Source: an uncultured Gammaproteobacteria bacterium (GTDB lineage Bacteria > Pseudomonadota > Gammaproteobacteria > PS1 > Pseudothioglobaceae). From it: a stretch of DNA of 64,000 nucleotides. The first letter of the stretch is position 1. Each line of letters opens with the position of its first letter. The position numbers and the translations under genes are program-made. The stretch spans positions 21,215-85,214 of the forward strand of contig CAJXOB010000001.1 in assembly GCA_913057955.1 (NCBI GenBank). The letters are read 5' to 3'. The notes beneath the pieces were generated by a model that had not been told where the DNA came from, made no database searches, and was given only the letters and a program-made list of their open reading frames with translations. Below, one piece after another: positions 56,020 to 64,000 of this stretch.

Positions 56020-56807
56020 TAAGAGTTTTTTAAGATGAATGATTTAATGGCATCAAGAGTATCTTTTGGAGACTCTATTGGCAGCATGTGTCCTGCATTA
56101 GCAATAGTTGTGGTTTCAGCGCTTAGCAATTCAGCTAATTCCAAGCCAAATCGAAGTGGTGTATTTTTATCTTCTGTTGCGAGAATTACATTAGATGGAA
56201 CATCGATATTTTTAGCACAATTTATGCCATTTTTATATTCAGTACAAGCAACAAGGTCTTCAGCTAGAGGATTGTTAGCCATAATTTGTCGGCCAATTCC
56301 TATTGGCTGCATTCCTGGCACGGCACTGCTTCCTGATTGTGATTTAGAACCGAACCCCCACTTTAACAACATATCAGCTGCATCGATAGGTGTTTTTTTG
56401 GCCACCTCAACTAGGGTTTCGTTAACCGGTATTGATGCAGCAGTTGCGACAGCAGTTAATGTTTTGAGTTTTGACCCTAAAGCGTTAGATGCCTCTAGCG
56501 CAACAAGAAACCCTTGAGAGTGCCCAACAAGATGTATTGATTCACAGCCTGCTAATTTAAGAGCCTTTACAAGCCACTTTCCCATCTCTTCAATCGTCTT
56601 TAAAGGCTTGCCTTCTGAAAGACTATGACCAGGAAGATCAGGCGCAAATACTGAGAAACCATGAAATGCAAACCATCTGGCCTGAAGAGCCCAAGATCGG
56701 TGATCTAGCCCACTTCCATGGACCAACACAACAGTAGGTTTTTTTGGATCAAATACGCAGCCACCAGTGGCAATAAAAATATTGTCTCCATCAACAACTA
56801 TATTCAT
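56019..56807 (-). CDS. alpha/beta-fold hydrolase (Ser-Asp-His)
   Basis: 262 aa with VLVHGSG, the nucleophile elbow GHSQG and AGHMLP (catalytic His). It is too short to be MetX. Confidence 0.75.
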   Translation of the reverse strand: MNIVVDGDNIFIATGGCVFDPKKPTVVLVHGSGLDHRSWALQARWFAFHGFSVFAPDLPGHSLSEGKPLKTIEEMGKWLVKALKLAGCESIHLVGHSQGFLVALEASNALGSKLKTLTAVATAASIPVNETLVEVAKKTPIDAADMLLKWGFGSKSQSGSSAVPGMQPIGIGRQIMANNPLAEDLVACTEYKNGINCAKNIDVPSNVILATEDKNTPLRFGLELAELLSAETTTIANAGHMLPIESPKDTLDAIKSFILKNS

Positions 56808-58108
56808 TATGAAGTCGCCTTTTCTACTGCTTTAAGTCCTGCTTTAAAGTCATTAATAATATCTGCAACAGACTCTATTCCAACAGAAACGCGAATTAAG
56901 TCGGTGCTACTTCCGGCTGCCTTCATTGCTTCTTCATCCATACGCGAGTGAGTGGTACTAGCCGGATGAAGAACTAAGGTTCTAGAGTCGCCAACATTTG
57001 CTAAATTAGATGCTAGTTTGAGTGCATTGATAAATGCTGCGCCACCCTCTCTGCCACCTTTGACGCCAAAACACAACATAGAGCCAGCGCCATTTGGAAA
57101 TAGTTTTTGAGCAATTTCATAAGTTGGATTTTCAGGAAGGTCTGGGTGATTAACCCACATAACAGCAGATTGTTCTAGGAGCCATTTAGCAAGTTTAACT
57201 GCATTTTTTACATGTTGATTCATTCGAAGAGTAAGGGTTTCTATTCCTTGTAGAAATAAAAACGCACTATGTGGGCTCATTGCTGGGCCAAAGTCACGCA
57301 TTGACTCGGCTCTAATTTTCATAGATAGGGCAGATGGACCAAATTCTTCCCAAAAGTTTATACCATGAAAGGGTTCATATGGGGTTGTAAGGGTGGGGTG
57401 TTTTTTACTAGAACCCCATTCAAAAGAGCCACCGTCAACAATTACTCCTCCGACCGCTAATCCGTGACCACCAATCCATTTAGTAACTGAGTGAACAACA
57501 ACATCAACTCCATGATCGAGAGGCTTGCAGAGTACGGGTGTTGCAAAAGTAGCATCTACTACTAGAGGCAAATGATTTTGATGAGAGATCTTAGCGATTT
57601 GAGGAAGGTCTGAAACTTCAAGCCCAGGATTTCCTATTGATTCGCAAAAAACAAGTTTAGTGTTTTCTTGTATAGCTTCTTTTAGTGCTTTTTCATCATT
57701 TATAGAGACAAAAGTGCACTCTATATTAAACCTTTTAAGTGTGTGTTTAAGCAGTGTTGCTGTTGAGCCATAAATTTGGGATGCGCTTACAATATGATCA
57801 CCTGCAGAGCAAAGGCTCATAAACGTAACAAAAAGTGCGCTCATTCCTGAAGCAGTACAGATAGCCCCTACGCCACCTTCAAGTGCAGCAATTCTCTGCT
57901 CTAGAACTGCAACCGTTGGGTTAGTCATACGGCTGTATATGTGCCCACCTTTTTCAATATTAAAAAGAGCTGCAGCATCATCAACTGTTTCAAATACATA
58001 GGAGGTTGTTTGATATATAGGAACAGCTCTGCTACCAAAGGATGGGTCTGGCTGATACCCAGTATGCAAAGATATTGTTTCAGGGCCAAAAAAGGACGAT
58101 TTTCCCAT
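56807..58108 (-). CDS. metY: O-acetylhomoserine sulfhydrylase / aminocarboxypropyltransferase (MetY type, PLP)
   Basis: 433 aa with AVPIYQTTSY, the PLP-Lys motif HSVTKWIGGHG and C-terminal HPASTTH. The length and motifs fit MetY/MetZ rather than MetB/MetC. Confidence 0.88.
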   Translation of the reverse strand: MGKSSFFGPETISLHTGYQPDPSFGSRAVPIYQTTSYVFETVDDAAALFNIEKGGHIYSRMTNPTVAVLEQRIAALEGGVGAICTASGMSALFVTFMSLCSAGDHIVSASQIYGSTATLLKHTLKRFNIECTFVSINDEKALKEAIQENTKLVFCESIGNPGLEVSDLPQIAKISHQNHLPLVVDATFATPVLCKPLDHGVDVVVHSVTKWIGGHGLAVGGVIVDGGSFEWGSSKKHPTLTTPYEPFHGINFWEEFGPSALSMKIRAESMRDFGPAMSPHSAFLFLQGIETLTLRMNQHVKNAVKLAKWLLEQSAVMWVNHPDLPENPTYEIAQKLFPNGAGSMLCFGVKGGREGGAAFINALKLASNLANVGDSRTLVLHPASTTHSRMDEEAMKAAGSSTDLIRVSVGIESVADIINDFKAGLKAVEKATS

Positions 58109-58184
58109 AAATGCTCAGATTAAAAACTAAGAGAATATTTTCTCACAACTGGCCACAGAGGTGTTTTAAATTTTGCCTAAAGGG

Positions 58185-58859
58185 TTATTTTGCCAAAGCA
58201 AGTTCTGCGCGCAACTTGTCAATCGTTGACTTATAGTTTTCAGTATTAAAAATTGCTGATCCAGCGACAAAAGTATCAGCGCCAGCTGCTGCAATTTCTT
58301 GAATGTTATCAACCTTAACGCCGCCATCAATCTCAAGCCTTGTGCTAAGGCCTTTTTCATCAATTAATTTTCTGACAATTCTCAATTTTTCTAAAGATGA
58401 GGCTATGAAAGACTGACCTCCAAACCCTGGGTTTACTGACATCAGCAACACCATATCAAGTTGGTCGATTACATGCTCAAGATAATGAAGTGAAGTTGCC
58501 GGGTTAAAAACTAAACCTGCTTTGCAGCCATTTTCTTTTATGAGCCCTATTGTTCGGTCTATATGTTCAGACGCTTCAGGATGAAACGTAATATAAGACG
58601 CACCTGCCTTTGCAAAATCAGGAATGATTCTGTCGACTGGTTTGACCATTAAGTGGACATCAATTGGTGCAGTGACTCCATGGTTTCTTAGTGCTTCGCA
58701 AACTAGCGGTCCAATTGTCAAGTTTGGCACATAGTGATTATCCATGACATCAAAATGAACTATATCGGCACCAGCAACTAAAACATTGTCAACTTCCTCT
58801 CCAAGTCTAGCAAAATCTGCTGATAATATTGAGGGTGCTATAAAGTTTTGTTGCTTCAC
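58185..58859 (-). CDS. rpe: ribulose-phosphate 3-epimerase
   Basis: 224 aa with [28 protein letters not shown] and [10 protein letters not shown]. Confidence 0.95.
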   Translation of the reverse strand: MKQQNFIAPSILSADFARLGEEVDNVLVAGADIVHFDVMDNHYVPNLTIGPLVCEALRNHGVTAPIDVHLMVKPVDRIIPDFAKAGASYITFHPEASEHIDRTIGLIKENGCKAGLVFNPATSLHYLEHVIDQLDMVLLMSVNPGFGGQSFIASSLEKLRIVRKLIDEKGLSTRLEIDGGVKVDNIQEIAAAGADTFVAGSAIFNTENYKSTIDKLRAELALAK

Positions 58860-58871
58860 TGTAGTCTCCGT

Positions 58872-60398
58872 TTATTCTTTAAAAAGGCTTTGGCCTGTCA
58901 TTTCTTTTGGCTGCTCAATTTCCATAAGCTCCAAAAGAGTTGGCGCTAGGTCGGCAAGTGTACCAATATGTGGACCTAATAGGGAGCTTTTCCTTTTCCC
59001 AACATAAATTAAAGGAACTGGATTGGTAGTATGTGCAGTATGGTTTTTTTGTGTTTTTGGATCAAGCATTTGTTCTGCATTTCCATGATCCGCAGTAACA
59101 AGCATTTCTACCTCAGAGTCTAAACATGTTTGGTGTATTTTTCCCAAACAATTATCTACTGCTTCAACTGCTTTAATTGCTGCATTAAGGTTTCCTGTGT
59201 GCCCAACCATATCCGTATTGGCAAAATTACAGACAACTAATTTATGTTTTTGAGATTTCAGCTCTGAAATAAGATTTTCAGTTAATTCATATGCACTCAT
59301 TTCTGGCTTTAAATCATAAGTTTTTACATCTGGAGATTGAATAAGCTTTCTTTCTTCTCCGGGAAGTATTGCCTCAACGCCGCCATTAAAGAAAAAGGTG
59401 ACATGCGCATATTTTTCAGTTTCAGCAATTCTAAGCTGACTAAAACCAAGGCTTGAAATATAGTAACCAAGAGTGTTAGCGATAGATATTGGACGATAAG
59501 CACACTCAAGATTAAAGTCTTTTTTATACTCGGTGAGACAAATAAAATTGCAGTTATTAAACGCATGTCTGTCAAATCCATCAAAGGTTTTTGAGGTTAA
59601 AGTTTGCGTTATTTCTCTTGCACGGTCTGCACGATAATTCATAAAGATTACTGCGTCACCATTATTAATTCTTACAGGCTCCCCAATAACTGTAGGGGCA
59701 ATAAACTCATCATTTTCTTCCTTGTCATAAGCCATTTGAATTGCATCTTTAGCAGAATTTGCTTCGCGATCACCTTTTCCAGAAGATATTAATTCATAGG
59801 CTTTTGAAACTCTTTCCCAGCGATTGTCTCGATCCATTGCATAAAATCTGCCTACTACTGAAACAATCTTTCCTAGTTTTAGTTCAGAGATTTTAAACTC
59901 CAACAGCTCGATAAATTTTAAAGCACTGTTTGGGGGCGTATCACGCCCATCAGTAAAGACATGAAAATAGACCTCTTCGCAGCCTTTTTGTTTTGCTAGC
60001 TCAAGCGCAGCATAAATGTGATCTTGGTGTGAGTGGACTCCTCCATCAGACAAGAGCCCAAGGATATGAACTGCTTTATTATTAACCTTAGCAGACTCAA
60101 GCGTCTTGCATAGCACCTTATTGTTGAAAAAATCACCACTTTTAATGTCATTACCAATTCTGGTGAAGTCTTGCTCAACAACTCTTCCAGCACCGATTGT
60201 TAAGTGACCTACTTCTGAATTCCCCATTTGACCATTAGGTAGCCCAACACTTTCTCCAGAGGTGCCAATTAACGTATTAGGATAATTGTCAGTAAGATAA
60301 TTCCAGTTAGGGGTATTAGCCATTGCTATGGCGTTATTTTCAGAGCTTTCTGAATAACCCCAGCCATCTAAAATTAATAGTAATTTTGTATTTTGCAT
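58872..60398 (-). CDS. gpmI: 2,3-bisphosphoglycerate-independent phosphoglycerate mutase
   Basis: 508 aa with LLILDGWG, GNSEVGH and TADHGNAE. Confidence 0.95.
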   Translation of the reverse strand: MQNTKLLLILDGWGYSESSENNAIAMANTPNWNYLTDNYPNTLIGTSGESVGLPNGQMGNSEVGHLTIGAGRVVEQDFTRIGNDIKSGDFFNNKVLCKTLESAKVNNKAVHILGLLSDGGVHSHQDHIYAALELAKQKGCEEVYFHVFTDGRDTPPNSALKFIELLEFKISELKLGKIVSVVGRFYAMDRDNRWERVSKAYELISSGKGDREANSAKDAIQMAYDKEENDEFIAPTVIGEPVRINNGDAVIFMNYRADRAREITQTLTSKTFDGFDRHAFNNCNFICLTEYKKDFNLECAYRPISIANTLGYYISSLGFSQLRIAETEKYAHVTFFFNGGVEAILPGEERKLIQSPDVKTYDLKPEMSAYELTENLISELKSQKHKLVVCNFANTDMVGHTGNLNAAIKAVEAVDNCLGKIHQTCLDSEVEMLVTADHGNAEQMLDPKTQKNHTAHTTNPVPLIYVGKRKSSLLGPHIGTLADLAPTLLELMEIEQPKEMTGQSLFKE

Positions 60399-60412
60399 TG
60401 GAAAATTAATTG

Positions 60413-61504
60413 TTATACATTAAATAAAAAGTGAACAACATCCCCATCTTTAACAATATATTCTTTTCCTTCGGAGCGTAATTTACCCGCATCTTTTGAC
60501 CCTTTTTCACCTTTATATTTAATAAAGTCATCATATGAAATCGTTTCGGCTCTTATAAAGCCTTTTTCAAAGTCACCATGTATTTTACCCGCGGCCATTG
60601 GGGCTGAATCTCCAATATTTATCGTCCATGCCCTAACTTCTTTAACACCTGCAGTAAAATATGTTTGAAGTCCCAGTAAACTGTATCCAGCTTTAATTAG
60701 GCGATCAAGTCCAGATTCAGATTGCCCCATTTCATCTAAAAAACCTTGTTTATCTTCATCATCAAGTTCAGCAATTTCAGACTCTATGTCAGCACATACA
60801 GCAACAACCTGACTGTTTTCATTTTCTGCATAGCTCGTTAAGGCAGACAAGTGTGGATTATTTTTAAAGCCATCCTCACTTACATTGGCAACATAAAGAA
60901 CAGGCTTTGAAGTAAGTAACTGTAGCCCTTTAACTAGCTTTTCCTCTTCTTCAGTAAAGTCAAGGGATCTAATTGCATGACCCTCTTCAAGGGTTGGCAG
61001 GATTTTTTCAAGTAAATTTTTTAAAGGCAAGCCTTCTTTTTGCCCTGATTTAGAATTTTTTATGGCTTTTTGGTAAGCTTTTTCAGCGCTAAAAAGATCC
61101 GATAAGGCAAGTTCTGTATTAATTGTGTCAACGTCATCAAGTGGATCTACTTTGTTTGAAACATGAATGATGTCATCATTTTCAAAGCATCTAACAACGT
61201 GAAGGATTGCATCTGTTTCACGAATATTTGATAGAAATTGATTTCCCAGCCCTTCGCCTTTTGAGGCGCCCTCAACTAATCCGGCAATATCAACAAACTC
61301 CATTGTGGTTGGTAAGATTTTTTCTGGAGTAACAATGCTAGCTAAGCCCTGCAATCGAGGATCGTTAACAGGCACAATACCAACATTAGGCTCAATGGTG
61401 CAAAAAGGGTAATTTTCTGAATCAATACCTGCCTTTGTTAGCGCATTAAAAAGTGTTGATTTACCTACATTTGGAAGCCCAACAATGCCACATTTAAATC
61501 CCAT
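60413..61504 (-). CDS. ychF: ribosome-binding ATPase YchF
   Basis: 363 aa with [18 protein letters not shown] and a C-terminal TGS domain. It lies in pth-ychF synteny. Confidence 0.95.
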   Translation of the reverse strand: MGFKCGIVGLPNVGKSTLFNALTKAGIDSENYPFCTIEPNVGIVPVNDPRLQGLASIVTPEKILPTTMEFVDIAGLVEGASKGEGLGNQFLSNIRETDAILHVVRCFENDDIIHVSNKVDPLDDVDTINTELALSDLFSAEKAYQKAIKNSKSGQKEGLPLKNLLEKILPTLEEGHAIRSLDFTEEEEKLVKGLQLLTSKPVLYVANVSEDGFKNNPHLSALTSYAENENSQVVAVCADIESEIAELDDEDKQGFLDEMGQSESGLDRLIKAGYSLLGLQTYFTAGVKEVRAWTINIGDSAPMAAGKIHGDFEKGFIRAETISYDDFIKYKGEKGSKDAGKLRSEGKEYIVKDGDVVHFLFNV

Positions 61505-61516
61505 TTCCTTACTCCA

Positions 61517-62086
61517 TTATAATGAATGAAGGACCTTCATGGCCTCCTCAAAATTACCATTAACTAGCATTTCAATAATGCTTGATGCATCTGTCATTCC
61601 TTGCTCAATTAACTTCAACTCTGAGCTGCCTGGCGAGCTCAACACAAAATCTACAACATCATTTTTTGTGCCAGGGTGCCCAATGCCCATTCTAAGACGA
61701 TAAAAGTTATTTGTATCAAGTGCTTTTATTGTGTCTCTTAGGCCGTTATGACCACCATGTCCTCCACCTAGTTTTAGTTTGACTGACCCAACAGGTAAAT
61801 CAAGTTCATCATGAATCACTAGGGTCTCTTCAGGTTTGATATTGTAATAACTCAAAAAGCTTTTGATAGACCCACCAGAATTATTCATAAAGGTTTGAGG
61901 CTTGAGAAGGTAAACCTTTTTAGAGCCAAAGTTAATAGTTGAAGTTTCGCCTAGAAACTTAGACTGACTACTAAATTTAGAGTCTAGTAAATTGGCTAAT
62001 GACTCAACAAGCCAAAAGCCGGCGTTGTGACGATGTTCTTGATATTCTTTTCCTGGATTTCCCAGTCCAACAATTAATTTAATCAT
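61517..62086 (-). CDS. pth: peptidyl-tRNA hydrolase
   Basis: 189 aa with LIVGLGNPGKEY..HRHNAGF and GHGGHNGLRD. Confidence 0.95.
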   Translation of the reverse strand: MIKLIVGLGNPGKEYQEHRHNAGFWLVESLANLLDSKFSSQSKFLGETSTINFGSKKVYLLKPQTFMNNSGGSIKSFLSYYNIKPEETLVIHDELDLPVGSVKLKLGGGHGGHNGLRDTIKALDTNNFYRLRMGIGHPGTKNDVVDFVLSSPGSSELKLIEQGMTDASSIIEMLVNGNFEEAMKVLHSL

Positions 62087-62135
62087 TACAACGCTTCGTT
62101 TAAGTGCTTATTGAGTCAATAAGGCTGGCAACATT

Positions 62136-62828
62136 TTATTCTTTATCGTCACCATCTTTTGAATCTTCAGAGCCTTCATCAGATTGGCCTTCTTCGCCTT
62201 CTGCTTCAGAATCACCAGATTCCAAGCTCTCTTCCTCTTCTTCTACGATAACTTTAGGTTCTGAGACAGAACATACAGTTTGATCATGTGCCTCAACATC
62301 TTCGTGTTGAAGTGAAGTAATTACAACTCCCTTAGGTAAGACAAGATTCGTTAGCGTTAGATGATCACCAATCGCAAGGTTGGTAACATCTACATTAATA
62401 CCATGTGGAAGGTCTTGAGGTAGGCATGAAATTTCAACTGAAACAACAAATTGATTCAGCATATTTCCAAGCCTTAATGCTTCATTTTCATCCATTCCAA
62501 TGAAGTGCAATGGGGTCATTGTAATAAGAGCATGTTTTGCATCCACACGTAAAAAATCTGCATGTATTACAGTATTTTTTGAGGGGTGGCGCTGAAGGTC
62601 TTTTAAAACGACGGATTCTTTTGATTTTCCAACCATCAAATCTAACACTGAAGTGAATGTGTTTTCATCTTCTAGCAGGTGAGTGATTTCATGAATGTTT
62701 AGCGATATCATTTGTGGGGCATTAGTTCCACCATAAATAATACCTGGTACTTTTTCTTCTTTTCTCAAGCGGCGGCTCGCACCTTTCCCCTGATTTTTAC
62801 GCTCTAAGGCGTTTACAGTAATACTCAT
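62136..62828 (-). CDS. rplY: 50S ribosomal protein L25 / general stress protein Ctc form, with an acidic C-terminal tail
   Basis: 230 aa. The N-terminus RKNQGKGASRRLRKEEKVPGIIYG is followed by a Ctc-type second domain. The last 38 or so residues are almost entirely E/D/S/G. It lies in rplY-pth-ychF synteny. Confidence 0.9.
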   Translation of the reverse strand: MSITVNALERKNQGKGASRRLRKEEKVPGIIYGGTNAPQMISLNIHEITHLLEDENTFTSVLDLMVGKSKESVVLKDLQRHPSKNTVIHADFLRVDAKHALITMTPLHFIGMDENEALRLGNMLNQFVVSVEISCLPQDLPHGINVDVTNLAIGDHLTLTNLVLPKGVVITSLQHEDVEAHDQTVCSVSEPKVIVEEEEESLESGDSEAEGEEGQSDEGSEDSKDGDDKE

Positions 62829-62847
62829 TTTGAGTTCTCCAATAAAT

Positions 62848-62871
62848 AAAAAAACACCACGTTTAGTGGTG
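62848..62871 (-). promoter_or_regulatory. terminator-like hairpin plus U7 inside the rplY 5' leader
   Basis: The minus-strand RNA reads CACCAC-UAAAC-GUGGUG followed by UUUUUUU. Then comes UAUUUAUUGGAGAACUCAAA-AUG. The U-tract ends about 19 nt before the rplY start, just 5' of the GGAG Shine-Dalgarno sequence. Confidence 0.4.
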
Positions 62872-62964
62872 CAACCAATATTGCCTGTCTTGCGACCAGA
62901 TAGGCTGGAGGATTATTTTACCCGAACTTTCTTTACTTTAGTTATCATTGGCGTCCCCTTAAAC

Positions 62965-63405
62965 ATGAAACGAAATTTGGACTCATCACAGTTCAATTTT
63001 AAATATAATGCTTCAATGAATAAAAATAAAAACGGACTACATACTGAGCGTTTAGACAATGGTATGAAGTTAGAGGTAAATTACAAAGATGGCATGAAAC
63101 ACGGTAAGGAAACTTATTGGTATTCAAACGTTCTTAAAGCATCAGAGGGTTTTTATGAAGTCGACAGACTTGAAGGAACACTAACTTATTGGTATGAGAA
63201 CGGAAATAAAGCATCTGAGGGTTTTTATAAAGGCGATAAACTTGAAGGAATGCTCTCTGCTTGGAATGAAGAGGGCCAGTTAGAATCCGAGCAAGAGTAT
63301 AAAAACGGCGTTCTTGATGGCACTTCTGTGTTCTATGAAGATGGCGTAAAAACAGCAGAACATGTTTTGGAAAATGGAGAAGTGGTAGGCAGTATGAACG
63401 GCTGA
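62965..63405 (+). CDS. MORN-variant repeat protein (YwqK-like)
   Basis: Carries repeated units G.KHGKETYWYSN, ASEGFYEVDRLEGTLTYWYENGNK, ASEGFYKGDKLEGMLSAWNEEGQ and EYKNGVLDGTSVFYEDG. The ATG at 62965 is preferred. The ORF-track TTG at 62830 would run through the rplY promoter and leader. Confidence 0.55.
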   Translation: MKRNLDSSQFNFKYNASMNKNKNGLHTERLDNGMKLEVNYKDGMKHGKETYWYSNVLKASEGFYEVDRLEGTLTYWYENGNKASEGFYKGDKLEGMLSAWNEEGQLESEQEYKNGVLDGTSVFYEDGVKTAEHVLENGEVVGSMNG

Positions 63406-63497
63406 ACAATTTAACTCAATCTTTATTTATCCTTCTTATCAAAGCAAGAGTAATTGGACAGGTAAAACACCCTTACTCTCAACCTTCTTAAGCCTCT

Positions 63498-64000
63498 TTA
63501 GCGCGACTTTAACCAATAAATAAGACCGAGAAATGTGCTTATGACAGAAAAAATCCAATACGATTGAGTAGCAAGAAAGCCTGCAAGTATAAGTAATGCT
63601 ATTGCGAAAATAGTCGCGCACTCTTTTGCAGAGTTTTCGCGAAGTTGTGAAAGAATAGCCTCTGTTTGTTTTTTTGAATTTTCTTGCTGTAGCGATCCAT
63701 TTTCAATTTGCTTTAAAGCATTAATTACTAACATAGGAATTTGGGGTAATTCTAAAATCAACTCAGGAAGCTGATCAGAGATTTTTTTAGCAGTGTTTTT
63801 AAAGCTGTATTTGTCTTTGGCAAGTTTCTCAAGGTAAGGTTTTGCAGTTGCCCAAAGATCAAGTTCAGGATATAGAGTTCGCCCTAATCCCTCAATGTTT
63901 AGTAATGTTTTATAGAGTAGCAGCAGTTGTGGCTGAACTTCCATGTCAAAACGTTTTGCCTCTTTTAGTAGGCTTAATAAAACTTGACCAAAAGAAATTT
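63498..64000 (-). CDS. ubiB: ubiquinone biosynthesis protein kinase UbiB, 3' part; the gene continues past the right edge
   Basis: The reading frame stays open upstream of the track's Met to the window edge (...[57 protein letters not shown]). This matches the UbiB C-terminal region, including the terminal TM helices. Confidence 0.85.
   Translation of the reverse strand, partial: ISFGQVLLSLLKEAKRFDMEVQPQLLLLYKTLLNIEGLGRTLYPELDLWATAKPYLEKLAKDKYSFKNTAKKISDQLPELILELPQIPMLVINALKQIENGSLQQENSKKQTEAILSQLRENSAKECATIFAIALLILAGFLATQSYWIFSVISTFLGLIYWLKSR

Noticed and set aside
55585-56517. 145-aa and 160-aa plus-strand ORFs antisense to the fadN-like and hydrolase genes
   Set aside because: They are shadow ORFs opposite strongly supported coding frames, and no domain signatures are visible.
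58109-58184. SAM riboswitch (SAM-II/SAM-V type) upstream of metY
   Set aside because: Only 76 nt are available, and I cannot see the conserved pseudoknot or AAAGCU-type elements. The only structure is a weak 5-bp AU-rich hairpin (GAGAA/UUCUC) followed by UUAGUUUUU, which may be a leaky rpe terminator.
63439-63621. 60-aa ORF overlapping the 3' end of ubiB, and the 91-aa ORF at 63134-63409 antisense to the MORN gene
   Set aside because: Both overlap better-supported genes and have no motifs. They are most likely spurious.

Overview
This is an AT-rich, very compact chromosomal segment, with many TAATG/ATGA start-stop overlaps and three convergent gene pairs whose 3' ends overlap. The core synteny is typical of Gammaproteobacteria. 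I can support about 60 protein genes, one tRNA, several in-frame tandem repeats and a few terminator-like hairpins.

Gene content, left to right:
- aa3-type cytochrome oxidase genes and their assembly set (coxA', coxB, ctaA, SCO1/SenC, DUF2970, ctaB, an SCO-like paralog)
- hisF, uppS-cdsA-dxr and an M23 peptidase
- purC, a DUF2797-like protein, a P-loop protein, metA, mutY, then ribF
- pyrC, secA and a DUF721/DciA-like gene
- petABC-sspAB, bioD, a class-1B-type pyrD, leuS and phosphoribulokinase
- gyrB-recF-dnaN-dnaA
- a trimethylamine/histamine-dehydrogenase-family flavoprotein, then tpiA-secG-tRNA-Leu(GAG)
- an EamA transporter, an RND/MMPL transporter, and tsf-rpsB
- a six-gene lipid-modification cluster (FAD oxidoreductase, DUF1365, two CFA-synthase-like methyltransferases, DUF1295, SOUL)
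- a five-gene translationally coupled operon (metY, alpha/beta hydrolase, FadN-type enzyme, acyl-CoA ligase, long acyl-CoA dehydrogenase)
- rpe, gpmI, ychF, pth, rplY, a MORN-repeat protein and the 3' end of ubiB

I saw no rRNA, CRISPR array, transposase, integrase, phage gene or recognisable defence gene. This looks like core genome, not an island.

The two most system-like candidates are:
- The metY-led acyl-CoA operon without a thiolase. It may be an MMPA/DMSP-type thiol-releasing route coupled to methanethiol capture.
- The furan-fatty-acid-like lipid modification cluster, which carries extra DUF1295 and SOUL genes and has no adjacent regulator.

Both are functional hypotheses built from motifs and gene order. 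Neither is demonstrated. Other oddities:
- Oppositely charged low-complexity tails on ribosomal proteins S2 (Lys/Ala/Pro repeats) and L25 (acidic).
- A perfect 4 x 18-bp in-frame repeat in the RND transporter.
- A terminator-like hairpin inside the rplY leader.
- An unusual dnaA neighbourhood with no rpmH and a 206-bp dnaA-dnaN spacer.

All calls come from reading the sequence and the supplied ORF translations by eye. No searches were run.
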